A stretch of 63,387 bases of DNA, the filler included, from Trichomonas gallinae (taxonomy: Eukaryota): the NCBI GenBank assembly GCA_008369845.1. It is 8 parts of 8 records of this genome, joined end to end, with 100 filler letters (N's around TTAATTAATTAA, not from the genome) between each part and the next. Parts side by side here need not be neighbours in the genome. Positions count along the whole stretch, not along the records: positions 19,761 to 37,000 come from MRSU01000057.1; positions 37,101 to 44,582 come from MRSU01000060.1; 6 more parts are not named here. The stretch is one strand, 5' to 3'. The notes below the pieces were generated by a model. That model worked only from the letters and a program-made list of their open reading frames with translations, ran no database searches and was not told the origin of the DNA. This document shows positions 29,788-39,348 of the stretch, one piece after another. The stretch's first letter is position 1. Every line of letters starts with the position of its first letter. Position numbers and translations under genes: made by a program.

Positions 29788-32208
29788 ATGGATGAATATA
29801 TTAATCGAATTAGAGAGATAATAAGATTGCAACAAGAAGGTAATACAGAAGCAGTAGAATTATATAATGATTTAATTACAAATACTCCAAATTCAATTAA
29901 TTTTATTATTCAATTCTTGTTCCAATATCCACAAGATCCATTATGTTGCATTATATTTCCATCACTAAGTCGATATATTTGGAAGTTTTCGGAAACAGAT
30001 CAAATTTCATTGATTCTTCCTTTATTTAATCTTTATTTCATGCTAAATAGACCAGATATTTCATATTTAAAACTGATTTCAAGCATATCTTTAGCCAATA
30101 ATATATTTGAAAACGAATTAGTTTCGATTTTATTTTCTAAATTAACTTCAAATGATGAGAAAATGATAAAACTAGCATCATATTCTATTAAATATATTCT
30201 AAGAATAGCTGGAGCACAATTAGAAACTGAAAACATAATAATTTTAATCAATCAAATTTATCAGCATTTTTTAAGCCACATCAGTCAAGTTTTTGCTATT
30301 CATACATCTTGTATTTTAGTAACAAATATTTTAAAAACATTCACGCATCATTACAACAAGATAATTTACTTAATCACAGAAGCTGATTTATTAAATCATT
30401 TATATTTCATTATACAATATCCCATTGATAGTCAAATTCAAATATCAGATAGTATGTATATTGATCTTTATTCCCACCTATTTAAGTTCATTGAGTCTGT
30501 TTTAACAACAGAAGATCCGCTTTATTCAGATTTCTTTTATCCATTTTTGTACAACTTATTGAGCAACTCTTTATTTTTATTCAACATGTTATCAAGTAAG
30601 AATCCAACTAAATGGTTCTTGAAGATATTGATTAATTCTAGATTCGATTATACTGAATTTATACCAAATTTAGTTCAAATCTGTTTGTTTTCGATCAAAA
30701 TCAATGAAGAGGATTTAGAATATATAGAAAATAACCCAACTCTTTACTACAGCATTGCCTTTGGATGTTGTTTCGCTGAGAGAAGCCTTGGATTGGAATT
30801 TCTCAATGTATTATTCGAAAATTATAGAAATGAAATAATTTCAAACATGTCGGATATTGACAGCGAAGAAAAAATCAGAATTATTGCCGAATTTGCTTCT
30901 AATTCAACAATAGATGATGAAATTAAGTCCAGTATTTGTGATATTATCAATTCATTACCTAACTTTGATGATAATTTAGTGATTTCACGAACGATTTTGT
31001 TTTTAGCATCAAAATCTGTTTGGTTTTTAGATCATCAAATAACTCTAGAACTGTTAAATACAATCGCAAGCTACTTAGAGAGTAATGAGCATGACGAGCT
31101 GATGTATCTATTATTATGCGATATAATAAGTAATTCATTGCAAAATCATGTTTTTGATTCGAATGAAGAATTCCTTCAAAATTTAATGATGATGATTTTA
31201 AATTCACATTTATATGGAAATATAAATTCACTATCAACAGCATCAATGTGTTTCCATTACTATCCTGCTGTCTTAGAAAATGTTCCCAATGAATTTGTTC
31301 AGTCAATGATTTCAATAATAACAGAAAAACTAGAAATGAATGATGAAATTTTGAAAAATTATGATGAAAGTTTCGCTGATGAATTGTCTGATAATTCAAA
31401 TTTAATAAGAATAATTATAAGAATGTTGATGCCGTGTATATCAAATTATTATTCTGTCATTGACTTCACGCCAATTCTACAGTGTGTTTTGAATTATTGC
31501 TCTTTAGATTACGCTGAAAGTTTTTCGGAATTTTTCGCAGTTTTTAATTTTGCAGCAGAAAACTTTTTAGACATCGAGCCACGAATAACAAGTCTGATTG
31601 AACAATTTGTTGTGTCTGATGATGCTGCATATAAAGTTCTAGTTGATTTCATCATGAATTTCCATTTGATCCAAATCAACAAAAATCATTCGAGATTTTT
31701 CGAATTATTTTCATCACGATTGAATTATTTATCATTATTAGTCGCAAATTGCAAGCAAATGTTCGCAGAGTATTATTCACCTTTAGAATACAGTCTTCAA
31801 TTAATGTTTATCGCTAGGCTGATATACTTAAGAGTCCTTGATGCTTCAGATGTTGAATTTTTTGCAATGCAAGCAATTACATCTTTCGATAATAATATTG
31901 GTAATGAAAAAATAACAAGATTGTGTTTATTCGATATTATTTCAAGTTCTATATTATTTGGAGTAGATGTTGATATCAGTCCTATCATTGGAAAGCTGTG
32001 CCAGTTCTGTTTAACTCACCAATTCAAAACAAAATATCAAAAGTTTGTTTTACTGTCTTCTTTAACAAAATATTGTGAAATTCATCCATGTGAGTCATTA
32101 AACATAGCCATTCTCGAATTACTAAATGAAGAAACAGATGTTGATGATGATCTTCCTCCAGAAATGAATCGAATTCATGATCTTTATAATAAAATAATCC
32201 TTAATTAA
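29788..32208 (+). CDS. Hypothetical alpha-helical (HEAT/importin-beta-like) protein, very AT-rich
   Basis: Uninterrupted ~2.4-kb ORF. INEEDLEYIENNPTLYY resembles the acidic 'ED.E…DP..Y' segment of importin-7/8/11-type proteins. First ATG is at 29788. Confidence 0.7.
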   Translation: MDEYINRIREIIRLQQEGNTEAVELYNDLITNTPNSINFIIQFLFQYPQDPLCCIIFPSLSRYIWKFSETDQISLILPLFNLYFMLNRPDISYLKLISSISLANNIFENELVSILFSKLTSNDEKMIKLASYSIKYILRIAGAQLETENIIILINQIYQHFLSHISQVFAIHTSCILVTNILKTFTHHYNKIIYLITEADLLNHLYFIIQYPIDSQIQISDSMYIDLYSHLFKFIESVLTTEDPLYSDFFYPFLYNLLSNSLFLFNMLSSKNPTKWFLKILINSRFDYTEFIPNLVQICLFSIKINEEDLEYIENNPTLYYSIAFGCCFAERSLGLEFLNVLFENYRNEIISNMSDIDSEEKIRIIAEFASNSTIDDEIKSSICDIINSLPNFDDNLVISRTILFLASKSVWFLDHQITLELLNTIASYLESNEHDELMYLLLCDIISNSLQNHVFDSNEEFLQNLMMMILNSHLYGNINSLSTASMCFHYYPAVLENVPNEFVQSMISIITEKLEMNDEILKNYDESFADELSDNSNLIRIIIRMLMPCISNYYSVIDFTPILQCVLNYCSLDYAESFSEFFAVFNFAAENFLDIEPRITSLIEQFVVSDDAAYKVLVDFIMNFHLIQINKNHSRFFELFSSRLNYLSLLVANCKQMFAEYYSPLEYSLQLMFIARLIYLRVLDASDVEFFAMQAITSFDNNIGNEKITRLCLFDIISSSILFGVDVDISPIIGKLCQFCLTHQFKTKYQKFVLLSSLTKYCEIHPCESLNIAILELLNEETDVDDDLPPEMNRIHDLYNKIILN

Positions 32209-32502
32209 GCTCTATCCAAATGTATGCTTTTCTTTGTGTTTGTAGCTCAAAACAATTGAGTTTGTTAGAGAAAAAAAAATAATTATTTTAAAATTTATTT
32301 TGCATTTTCAAACTCAATAATATAAGAAAATGATGTTCGTATATATTGCATGAATTATATATTCATATGTTCTTATTCTTTCATCAAAAATTTGAAAAAT
32401 ATAAATTATTGTGTATTTCATTTTGTATGCAGTAATTATGATGGAAATAGTAGTAGCAATAGTATTCGTTGTGATTTCAAGGGAATAAAACTAAACAACA
32501 AT

Positions 32503-33513
32503 TTATTTTTCATTTTTCGCGATTTTTTGGACATCAACTTCTGAGGCAAACTCTATATGATTCTCATAATATTCGAACAACTCCTTTAAGTATTTCTTCT
32601 TCATGATATCGTTGCTAATAACCAAATATCCTTCATGTAACGATTTAACAACAAAACATCGCTGTCCATTTCTTTCTGTAATGCCTAGTATAGACAATAT
32701 CTTTCTCTTCCTTCCCATTTTAAGTACTTTTATTTCTTCGGTGGATTCTTCTTTTTCTGCAGGTTTTGGAGATGCCTTTGGCTTTGGTTTTGCAGGCTCT
32801 TTGGTATCTGTGTGTTTTTTATGTTGTTTTATATCTTTTCTAAGATTCTCCCAATATTGTTCTATAATATCATTAGAGTTGAAATTTGTTTCTGGTTCCC
32901 ATGTATTCTCTGATTCAGGGAAGTATTTCCATTTAACAAAATATTCAATTTTATCATCAATTCGTCTATGTGATCTGATTGCTTCTATTTCGAATTCATT
33001 TGGATCAACTTCGCTGCCTGACTGTTCTTTTTGGCCTATTATGCTTTGATATTCTGAATTTTCTGCTTTATCTAAGTTTTCAGTTTTATATGAAGAGTTT
33101 TCTGTTGTTTTTGCAATATCATCATGATTTGGTAACAAGCTGACTGATGAATTTTGTTCGGTTTTTGAATCTAGATTTGGAAGTAAATCCGGAGTTGATG
33201 ATAATGTATTCTTGTATGTTAGTTGTATCTCGGCTATTGAATCAGTTTCTAGATCATACATTGAAGGGAGAACAGGAGATAAATTTTTCAATGGAGCAAT
33301 CGGTGCAAATTCATTATTGTCAGTATTTGTTTGATGTTGTTCATTAGTTAGAGATGATGAATTTACTTTTTTTGTTATATTTTCGAAAATTGATTTAACA
33401 TTATCGCTTATTTCATACAAACTTTGATTCTTAAGCAAGTCCTGCGGATTTTCATTCATATTGGAAGTGTTTTCATTGGATGTGTTAACAATTTCAACTT
33501 CAGTCACATTCAT
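32503..33513 (-). CDS. HP1/Swi6-like protein: chromo domain plus chromoshadow-like domain
   Basis: FEIEAIRSHR…EYFVKWKYFPESENTWEPETNF is a chromo domain, followed by a Lys/Pro hinge and ILSILGITERNGQRCFVVK…LFEYYENHIEF (chromoshadow-like). Start placed at ATG 33513; the upstream in-frame ATG at 33543 falls inside a promoter motif. Confidence 0.82.
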   Translation of the reverse strand: MNVTEVEIVNTSNENTSNMNENPQDLLKNQSLYEISDNVKSIFENITKKVNSSSLTNEQHQTNTDNNEFAPIAPLKNLSPVLPSMYDLETDSIAEIQLTYKNTLSSTPDLLPNLDSKTEQNSSVSLLPNHDDIAKTTENSSYKTENLDKAENSEYQSIIGQKEQSGSEVDPNEFEIEAIRSHRRIDDKIEYFVKWKYFPESENTWEPETNFNSNDIIEQYWENLRKDIKQHKKHTDTKEPAKPKPKASPKPAEKEESTEEIKVLKMGRKRKILSILGITERNGQRCFVVKSLHEGYLVISNDIMKKKYLKELFEYYENHIEFASEVDVQKIAKNEK

Positions 33514-33537
33514 TATAAATTTTTTTTTCATATATTT

Positions 33538-33760
33538 CGACATGTAAAGTTTAATATTTGTCGAATAAAAAGATTTTTCTCATATGTTTTGACATGTAAA
33601 ATAAATTTGTCGTGTAAACTAATTTTGTCATGTAAATAACAAAATTAAATAAATGTAAATTAATTATGTCATGTAAAATCTGAATTTAAATAAATGTAAA
33701 GTATATATTTGTCATGTAAATATTATACAATTGTCATGTAAATTTATTTTGTCGTGTAAT
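33538..33760 (+). promoter_or_regulatory. Phased array of TG(A/T)C(A/G)TGTAAA elements in a divergent promoter
   Basis: Copies at 33590, 33608, 33626, 33667, 33710, 33732 and 33750, a variant at 33538, and half-copies (TGTAAA) at 33654 and 33695. Confidence 0.7.
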
Positions 33761-33833
33761 ATGAAGAATTTCAAATATATGTAAAGTGGATTTTGTCATA
33801 AATTTTATAAAAGTGATAAGACTAGATTTTCCA

Positions 33834-34649
33834 ATGTTTTTGTTATTTTCTGCCTTGATTATATGTCATCCAGGTCACCATCATGATCATGGACATCACC
33901 ACCATCACCATGATGACGATGATGATGAAATTGAATTCAAAGGAGCGAATTTTACAAGGTCAGATGATTTCGATTCTCCATACTACTACGAATCCGAATA
34001 TGATCCAAAGAAATATCACGAAGTCGATGAAAACGGCAATTTAATTTGTGGAAACAATACTTTTGTCGATAAATATGGTTGCCATTGTAACGATTCTTAT
34101 ATTGGCGACCCTTATGACAAAGTTGAGGGTTGTTATAAGTGCAATAAAGAGTGCTCATCATATGCATCATGCGTTTATCCTGGAAATTGCGAATGTTACA
34201 GAGATTACACTGGAGATGGACAAAAATGCATCCAAAACCAGCCATCACTCAACTTTATAAGCAGAGAGAACAAAACGCATCTCATGGTTAGAATTATTTA
34301 CGCGTCAGATGATGAATTAACAGATGCATATTGCAAATTTGATGAAACTGTTGTTCATGCCCACAGCTTCGACCAGAATCATATATTATGTGTAATTCCT
34401 AACACGGCTTTGCCAAACTCGCTTGTTTCCGTATCAAAAGATGGAAAAGGCTGGTCAACAGAGACAGTGCTGCACGGATACACTGAGGACAACACAGACA
34501 AATCGAAGAATAAGATCTATGTTATAGTTTTCATTATATTAATGGTTGTTTTAACCTTTATTTTATCAAATACAAAATCACCACAACAGATCAAGAAAGA
34601 GCCATTTGCACTTCAACAACCAAGACCAAGAAGAAAATATATTCTATAA
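33834..34649 (+). CDS. Type I membrane protein: His/Asp-rich leader, EGF-like repeats, IPT/TIG-like domain, TM
   Basis: Signal MFLLFSALIIC, HPGHHHDHGHHHHHHDDDDDE, CxCxxxYxGD EGF motifs (x2), YCKFDETVV…ILCVIP…VSVSKDG..WS, TM IYVIVFIILMVVLTFIL. ATG at 33834. Confidence 0.82.
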   Translation: MFLLFSALIICHPGHHHDHGHHHHHHDDDDDEIEFKGANFTRSDDFDSPYYYESEYDPKKYHEVDENGNLICGNNTFVDKYGCHCNDSYIGDPYDKVEGCYKCNKECSSYASCVYPGNCECYRDYTGDGQKCIQNQPSLNFISRENKTHLMVRIIYASDDELTDAYCKFDETVVHAHSFDQNHILCVIPNTALPNSLVSVSKDGKGWSTETVLHGYTEDNTDKSKNKIYVIVFIILMVVLTFILSNTKSPQQIKKEPFALQQPRPRRKYIL

Positions 34650-34924
34650 GAAACAAAAAAAAATTATATTATTTTATACTATTGAAAAATATCTCAGCTT
34701 GAAAGAAATGTTATTAATAATCAAGCCCAAAATACCAAATAATGATTAGATTTAAGCATATTTTAAAATAGAAATTAATAATTTGAAATTTTTATTTAAT
34801 TTCTTGATTTCCAAATTATATGAAAAATTGATAGATTCAATGAATATATTGCATAAAAATATAGTTAAAGATTTTACTTTAAACATCGAGAATTACTTAT
34901 ATAAAAATAGATTTGAATAAAAAA

Positions 34925-37000
34925 TTACCAGAAGTCACCGTTCCAGGTATAAGTCTTTCCGCTCTTAGTCTTCGAAGTTCCATTGTTGCCCTGTGCGCTT
35001 CCTGCGAAGTATTCGTTTTGTTCGTCGTCAAATGGATTTGGAGAACTGTCGTTGATATCAGCGAGTTGGAAGACTCTCATATTCCGTCTTCCGTTTTCAT
35101 TTGGCTCTGGCTCCAAGACTGTTGGCTGGAGGATGGCTGGCGTTGTTGAGTCTTCTGAAGCTTCGCCAGCGAATGGACCAAATGTTGACATATTCAACTT
35201 GTCGCCAACAGGTGTCAAGAAGAGAATAATCAAGACAATCAAAGCAATGAAAACAATGCAGCCGAGTACAATCAACAAAATGACCCACCACTTTGTCTTG
35301 GACTTGCTTGAGTCATCGTCTGTGATCTTGAATTGATTCGGGCTGACTGTTTGTCCAGCTTCATTCTGAAGAGTGACATTGCCGACAACATTGATCTCTG
35401 CATTAGTTGTATCATATTGGACAGTCAAAACAATTGGAATAGATGAGTTTGTGGCGTTGATTTCTGTAATTGTTTTCTCTTCGACTTTGATGCCAATATC
35501 TCCATTAGATATTCCCTCGGGATCGATATTGATTTGCAATTTCTCGCTTGGGTTGTTGTTTTCGATGATGTACTTGTTGTTGTTTGTGCTCAAGTAGGCG
35601 TTCAATGTCAACAACAAACCTTGGTTCTTGTAGACATCCATGGCTTCTTTGTTCAGCTCAACTGCGTTGAACTCGTCATTGCATGGAATGTAAACCTTTG
35701 ACTTGAAAATGTTGGCAAGAGGAACTTTGAGAAGATCAGGCGCTGATATTCTGACAGAAGAGTTTTCACTAACAATCAAATTCGGTGTAGATGTTGTTGG
35801 CTTGACAGAGACAACAGCTGTTGATGTCAAAAGTAAGTTGCAGTCTCCGTCGATATTAACAGTGGCAGGCTGAGTGAAATATGATAAAACAGAAGGTTCG
35901 CTGTCTGCTGAAACTGTTCTAGAGTTGTCACGCTTCAATGTAATAGTTGTTGGGCTGTTGAGGAAGTACTCTGTTGTCGTTGACAAGTATGGGATGTTAA
36001 GGGTGAGATGTGGAATGTAAAGTCCGCCGCTGCCGAATTCAACGCTGTTGACGTTGTAGCCCAGCCAGATCCTCTTGTATGAAAGAGTTGGGACTGATGA
36101 AGGAGTTGAAGATGCATCGAAAACTTCCAAAAGATCGGAAGAAGAAACAGTAGTAACCTTCGAGAGAGAAACTATGTCAGTGTGAATCTCTTGTGCGTAG
36201 AGTGTGATGAGTTTAAATGAGCTGCCATCAATACCAAGTGCAACGTTCCTGATGTAGATGTAGTCGCAGCTGAAGTTCTTGGAAGCTCTAGGGACATCAA
36301 ATGATGTGAAGTTTGCGAGTGTTATGCGGGAGTATGTTGATGGAAGTGTCGCCTTAATCTTGATGTCGTTGCCTGTCTGTCCTTCAATCGTGAACTGGAA
36401 GTTTTCGAACTTGCTGAGGTCCATGTTCAGAGTTCCGGTGCCAGCAACGTAGATGTAGAGTCTTGCATCACTGGAATCCGCTGAGATAGAAGACAAGTAT
36501 GAGTTGACATTGGAGTCAACGACAACTGTAACACCGCGCGGGCAGTACTTAGAGATGCCGCTGTATGCGCAGAAGACATTCGATGGAACAGATGGTGTTG
36601 GTGTGGATGGAAGAGGAACGTAGCCAGAAGGTGCAGGTGTCCTCGGTGGGCTTGGAGACTGCGTTGGGGCAAGTGATGGACTTGGGATGACAACTTCTTC
36701 TGTTGTTGTTGTTGTTTCTTCTTCTGTAGATGTTGTAGTAGTCTCTGTTTCTGAGGTTGATGTTGTTGAACCAGTCTCTGTCACAGATGTAGAACTTGTC
36801 TCTTTTTCAGATGTAAGTGTTGGTTCTGTCTCTGTAGTGGATGTTGTTTCTGTTGTTGTGGTTGTTTCTGTTTCTGTAGTGGATGTTGTTTCTGTCTCAG
36901 TTGTGGGTGTTGTTTCTGTTTCTGTAGTGGATGTTGTTTCTGTTTCTGTTGTTGTGGTTGTTTCTGTTTCTGTAGTGGATGTTGTTTCTGTCTCAGTTGT
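34925..37000 (-). CDS. Single-pass surface protein with Thr/Glu mucin-like repeats, 5'-truncated by gap
   Basis: The frame stays open up to the gap at 37000. TETETT(S/T/P)T repeats, Pro/Ser/Thr linker, beta-rich ectodomain, TM WWVILLIVLGCIVFIALIVLIILFL, cytosolic tail with NPF. Confidence 0.88.
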   Translation of the reverse strand, partial: TTETETTSTTETETTTTTETETTSTTETETTPTTETETTSTTETETTTTTETTSTTETEPTLTSEKETSSTSVTETGSTTSTSETETTTTSTEEETTTTTEEVVIPSPSLAPTQSPSPPRTPAPSGYVPLPSTPTPSVPSNVFCAYSGISKYCPRGVTVVVDSNVNSYLSSISADSSDARLYIYVAGTGTLNMDLSKFENFQFTIEGQTGNDIKIKATLPSTYSRITLANFTSFDVPRASKNFSCDYIYIRNVALGIDGSSFKLITLYAQEIHTDIVSLSKVTTVSSSDLLEVFDASSTPSSVPTLSYKRIWLGYNVNSVEFGSGGLYIPHLTLNIPYLSTTTEYFLNSPTTITLKRDNSRTVSADSEPSVLSYFTQPATVNIDGDCNLLLTSTAVVSVKPTTSTPNLIVSENSSVRISAPDLLKVPLANIFKSKVYIPCNDEFNAVELNKEAMDVYKNQGLLLTLNAYLSTNNNKYIIENNNPSEKLQINIDPEGISNGDIGIKVEEKTITEINATNSSIPIVLTVQYDTTNAEINVVGNVTLQNEAGQTVSPNQFKITDDDSSKSKTKWWVILLIVLGCIVFIALIVLIILFLTPVGDKLNMSTFGPFAGEASEDSTTPAILQPTVLEPEPNENGRRNMRVFQLADINDSSPNPFDDEQNEYFAGSAQGNNGTSKTKSGKTYTWNGDFW
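36825..37000 (-). repeat. Coding tandem repeat, 21-24-bp unit (ACAGAAACAGAAACAACATCCACT-like)
   Basis: About seven imperfect units running into the gap; probably caused the assembly break. Confidence 0.85.
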
Positions 37001-37100
37001 NNNNNNNNNNNNNNNNNNNNNNNNNNNNNNNNNNNNNNNNNNNNTTAATTAATTAANNNNNNNNNNNNNNNNNNNNNNNNNNNNNNNNNNNNNNNNNNNN
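37001..37100. other. Artificial contig linker
   Basis: N44-TTAATTAATTAA-N44. Confidence 0.98.
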
Positions 37101-37169
37101 GGGTTCGAACCCAGGCCCTCGCGGACCAGTGCCTTAAACTGGCGCCTTAGACCACTCGGCCAAATGACC
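37101..37169 (-). tRNA. tRNA-Leu(AAG), 3' end lost in gap
   Basis: Reverse complement GGTCATTTGGCCGAGTGGTCTAAGGCG-CCAGT-TTAAGGC-ACTGG-TCCGCGAGGGC-CTGGGTTCGAACCC: D loop, AAG anticodon, long variable arm and T loop. Confidence 0.93.
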
Positions 37170-37480
37170 TTGACATTTTAAGGATTATTTTTTAATATAA
37201 ATGGTACTTGTAGAAGTAATTACTATGTAAATTACAGTATTTGTCAAAAAAATAAATGCTTATTTTTCTATAAAACATTATTTGAATGAAAAAACTCGTA
37301 TGATGGAAAAATTTAACTACAGAAATTCGCATACATGCAGCAAATTCATTACCAGATCTTTTTTATAAGTATGATTCACATAAAAACATATTAAATAGCT
37401 CAAATATAAAGATAAATAAGGAGCTATAAATGAGATTTTCTATATTTGACATGTAAAGTCAGATTTATATAAAAGTGACA

Positions 37481-38965
37481 ATGTCTGACAATCCATTCTC
37501 TTCTCTTTCGAGGGAGAATTTGGAAGATCAGTTGATGAAGAACTTGAAGTATATAAAAACTCTTCGCAAGCAGATTCAGGAGGGAATTCATTCAGTTGAA
37601 CAACTTGAGCAAAAAAATAAAGAATATATCGAAGAAAACGATAAATTAGTTGATAAAGTCAATATGTTAACAGATGAAAACGAAAAACTGCGACAAAACA
37701 ATGCTGCTGCTGTAATAGGAAACATAGGAAAAACAATCACTTCAATTATCGGACAGAAAAAGAATGGATGCGTTATAAGTACGAAATTAGATATAACTAA
37801 CATTGTTCCATATATTGGTAATGCAGGTGACTCTGATTCTCCACAAATGAAAGCTTTAAAGATGGAATTAGAGTCAATGAAGCAAAAAATCAATAATCTT
37901 ACACAGAGTGAATCATCATCCAGACAGTTTAGTGATGTACTGCAGTCAAAACTGGAAGTTTCTGAAATCGCGAAGAATTCATATTTAGAAAAGTGCAATT
38001 TTCTTCAACAATCTCTCGATAAAGCAAATTCTGAACTAAATGAGTTAAATAACCTCTATAAAACTACTCAAAATTCTCTAACAACATTACAACAAGAATA
38101 TCAACAATATCGACAGAAATCGAGTGATATCGAATCGCAATTACCACTTCTCAATGCTACACAACAGGAATTAAAGTCGGTAATTGAAGCAAGAGATTCA
38201 GCAATTGCTCAATACGAACATCTCAAAGAAGAAGTCATTTCTCTGCGCGTTACATCTGAAGAAAGTAGTCGCCAAGCAGAGCAATTGAAAGATGGCCTAA
38301 AGAAATCTATGCGTAACGATAAAGAAAAAGATGAAATTATTCAAAAAATGAAACAAAAGCTTGAAGACGCGGAAATAGAAAAGAACGACTTATTGAAACG
38401 CATTGAATACATAAATGAGAACCAAAAAGACCATACTAAACGAGAAATGCAGCTTCAGGAGCAAATCAAAGAATTACAGATTCGCCTCATTAACGGCAAA
38501 GCATCAGAAGAAACGGAAAACAAAGTCAAAAAGATGAACAAGATGCTTGAAAAGTCCAATATTTTATACGCAGAGCTTGAAGAAAAAGCAAACAAATCTG
38601 ATGCACGTGTTCATGAACTGGAAATACAGTTGCATAAAGCGAAAGTTCCTGGGCTGCCGTTTATAAAGTTTGTAGGACCTAGGACTACTTTCGTTCTATA
38701 TGATAATGGCGTGTTTCAAGAAAACGCTGATGCACCAAATGCGAAAACTATTTTATTCGGCGACTCAATGCGGAATGATGTCGGATGCCAAGTTAGCGGT
38801 GAGGAGGCGTCAACTTATCCAGAACAATTAATGCGGCAATATTTTATGTCATCTGATGACAACAGGAAAACTATTACTCCAATTATTATGAGAATTCTCG
38901 GATTCGATGACTCAGCAATCAAGCATGAAACAAATAAGTCTCGGAGTGTCTTTAAATTGTTTTAA
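37481..38965 (+). CDS. Long coiled-coil protein with C-terminal GRIP-like domain (golgin-like)
   Basis: About 380 aa of heptads. The C-terminal YPEQLMRQYFMSSDDNRKTITPIIMRILGF resembles the GRIP consensus YLKNV…F…R..L.PVI..LL.F. AAAGTGAC (37472-37479) abuts the ATG. Confidence 0.75.
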   Translation: MSDNPFSSLSRENLEDQLMKNLKYIKTLRKQIQEGIHSVEQLEQKNKEYIEENDKLVDKVNMLTDENEKLRQNNAAAVIGNIGKTITSIIGQKKNGCVISTKLDITNIVPYIGNAGDSDSPQMKALKMELESMKQKINNLTQSESSSRQFSDVLQSKLEVSEIAKNSYLEKCNFLQQSLDKANSELNELNNLYKTTQNSLTTLQQEYQQYRQKSSDIESQLPLLNATQQELKSVIEARDSAIAQYEHLKEEVISLRVTSEESSRQAEQLKDGLKKSMRNDKEKDEIIQKMKQKLEDAEIEKNDLLKRIEYINENQKDHTKREMQLQEQIKELQIRLINGKASEETENKVKKMNKMLEKSNILYAELEEKANKSDARVHELEIQLHKAKVPGLPFIKFVGPRTTFVLYDNGVFQENADAPNAKTILFGDSMRNDVGCQVSGEEASTYPEQLMRQYFMSSDDNRKTITPIIMRILGFDDSAIKHETNKSRSVFKLF

Positions 38966-39005
38966 TAAATAAATGTTTTGTAGGTTTTAATCAAATATTG
39001 ATACT

Positions 39006-39186
39006 AAAACAGCTTTATTTAATGCATCATAAGAAGATGGTCATAAAATTGTCAAACTCCTTCTCACAGTTCATGTAACAAATGCCAACGTAAAAAAACA
39101 GATTCATCGAAACAGTATTGATTTATGTTTCAACAATTTGTCATCATGAAGTTGTAAAACTCTATCCACAGTTTCTGAAATTGAAT
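39006..39186 (+). pseudogene. Decayed ankyrin-repeat fragment (two repeats)
   Basis: KTALFNAS*EDGHKIVKLLLTVHVTNANVK, then after a frameshift ETVLIYVSTICHHEVVKL/LSTVSEIE; matches the TAL..A…GH.EVVKLLL…..N.K consensus. Confidence 0.65.
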
Positions 39187-39348
39187 GAAGCCGGAAGACC
39201 TTTAGATGATAAATATGAATATCTTCAATTCCAGTAATACTAAGATGGAGTGATATAAGATGTTATATAAAAAACTGTGTCATTTAAGTTGATAAATAAA
39301 CAGTTATTTTTTACAACAATGCTATAAATAAATATAAATATATATGAG

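Noticed and set aside
33538..33760. Motif array as a CRISPR array or iteron origin
   Set aside because: Repeats are only 11 bp with 7-12-bp spacers, the context is eukaryotic, and there is no cas or rep gene.
36687..37052. Val/Ser-rich plus-strand ORF, and other nested or antisense ORFs in the track
   Set aside because: These are shadows of real genes on the opposite strand or frame; this one is the antisense reading of the Thr/Glu repeat.
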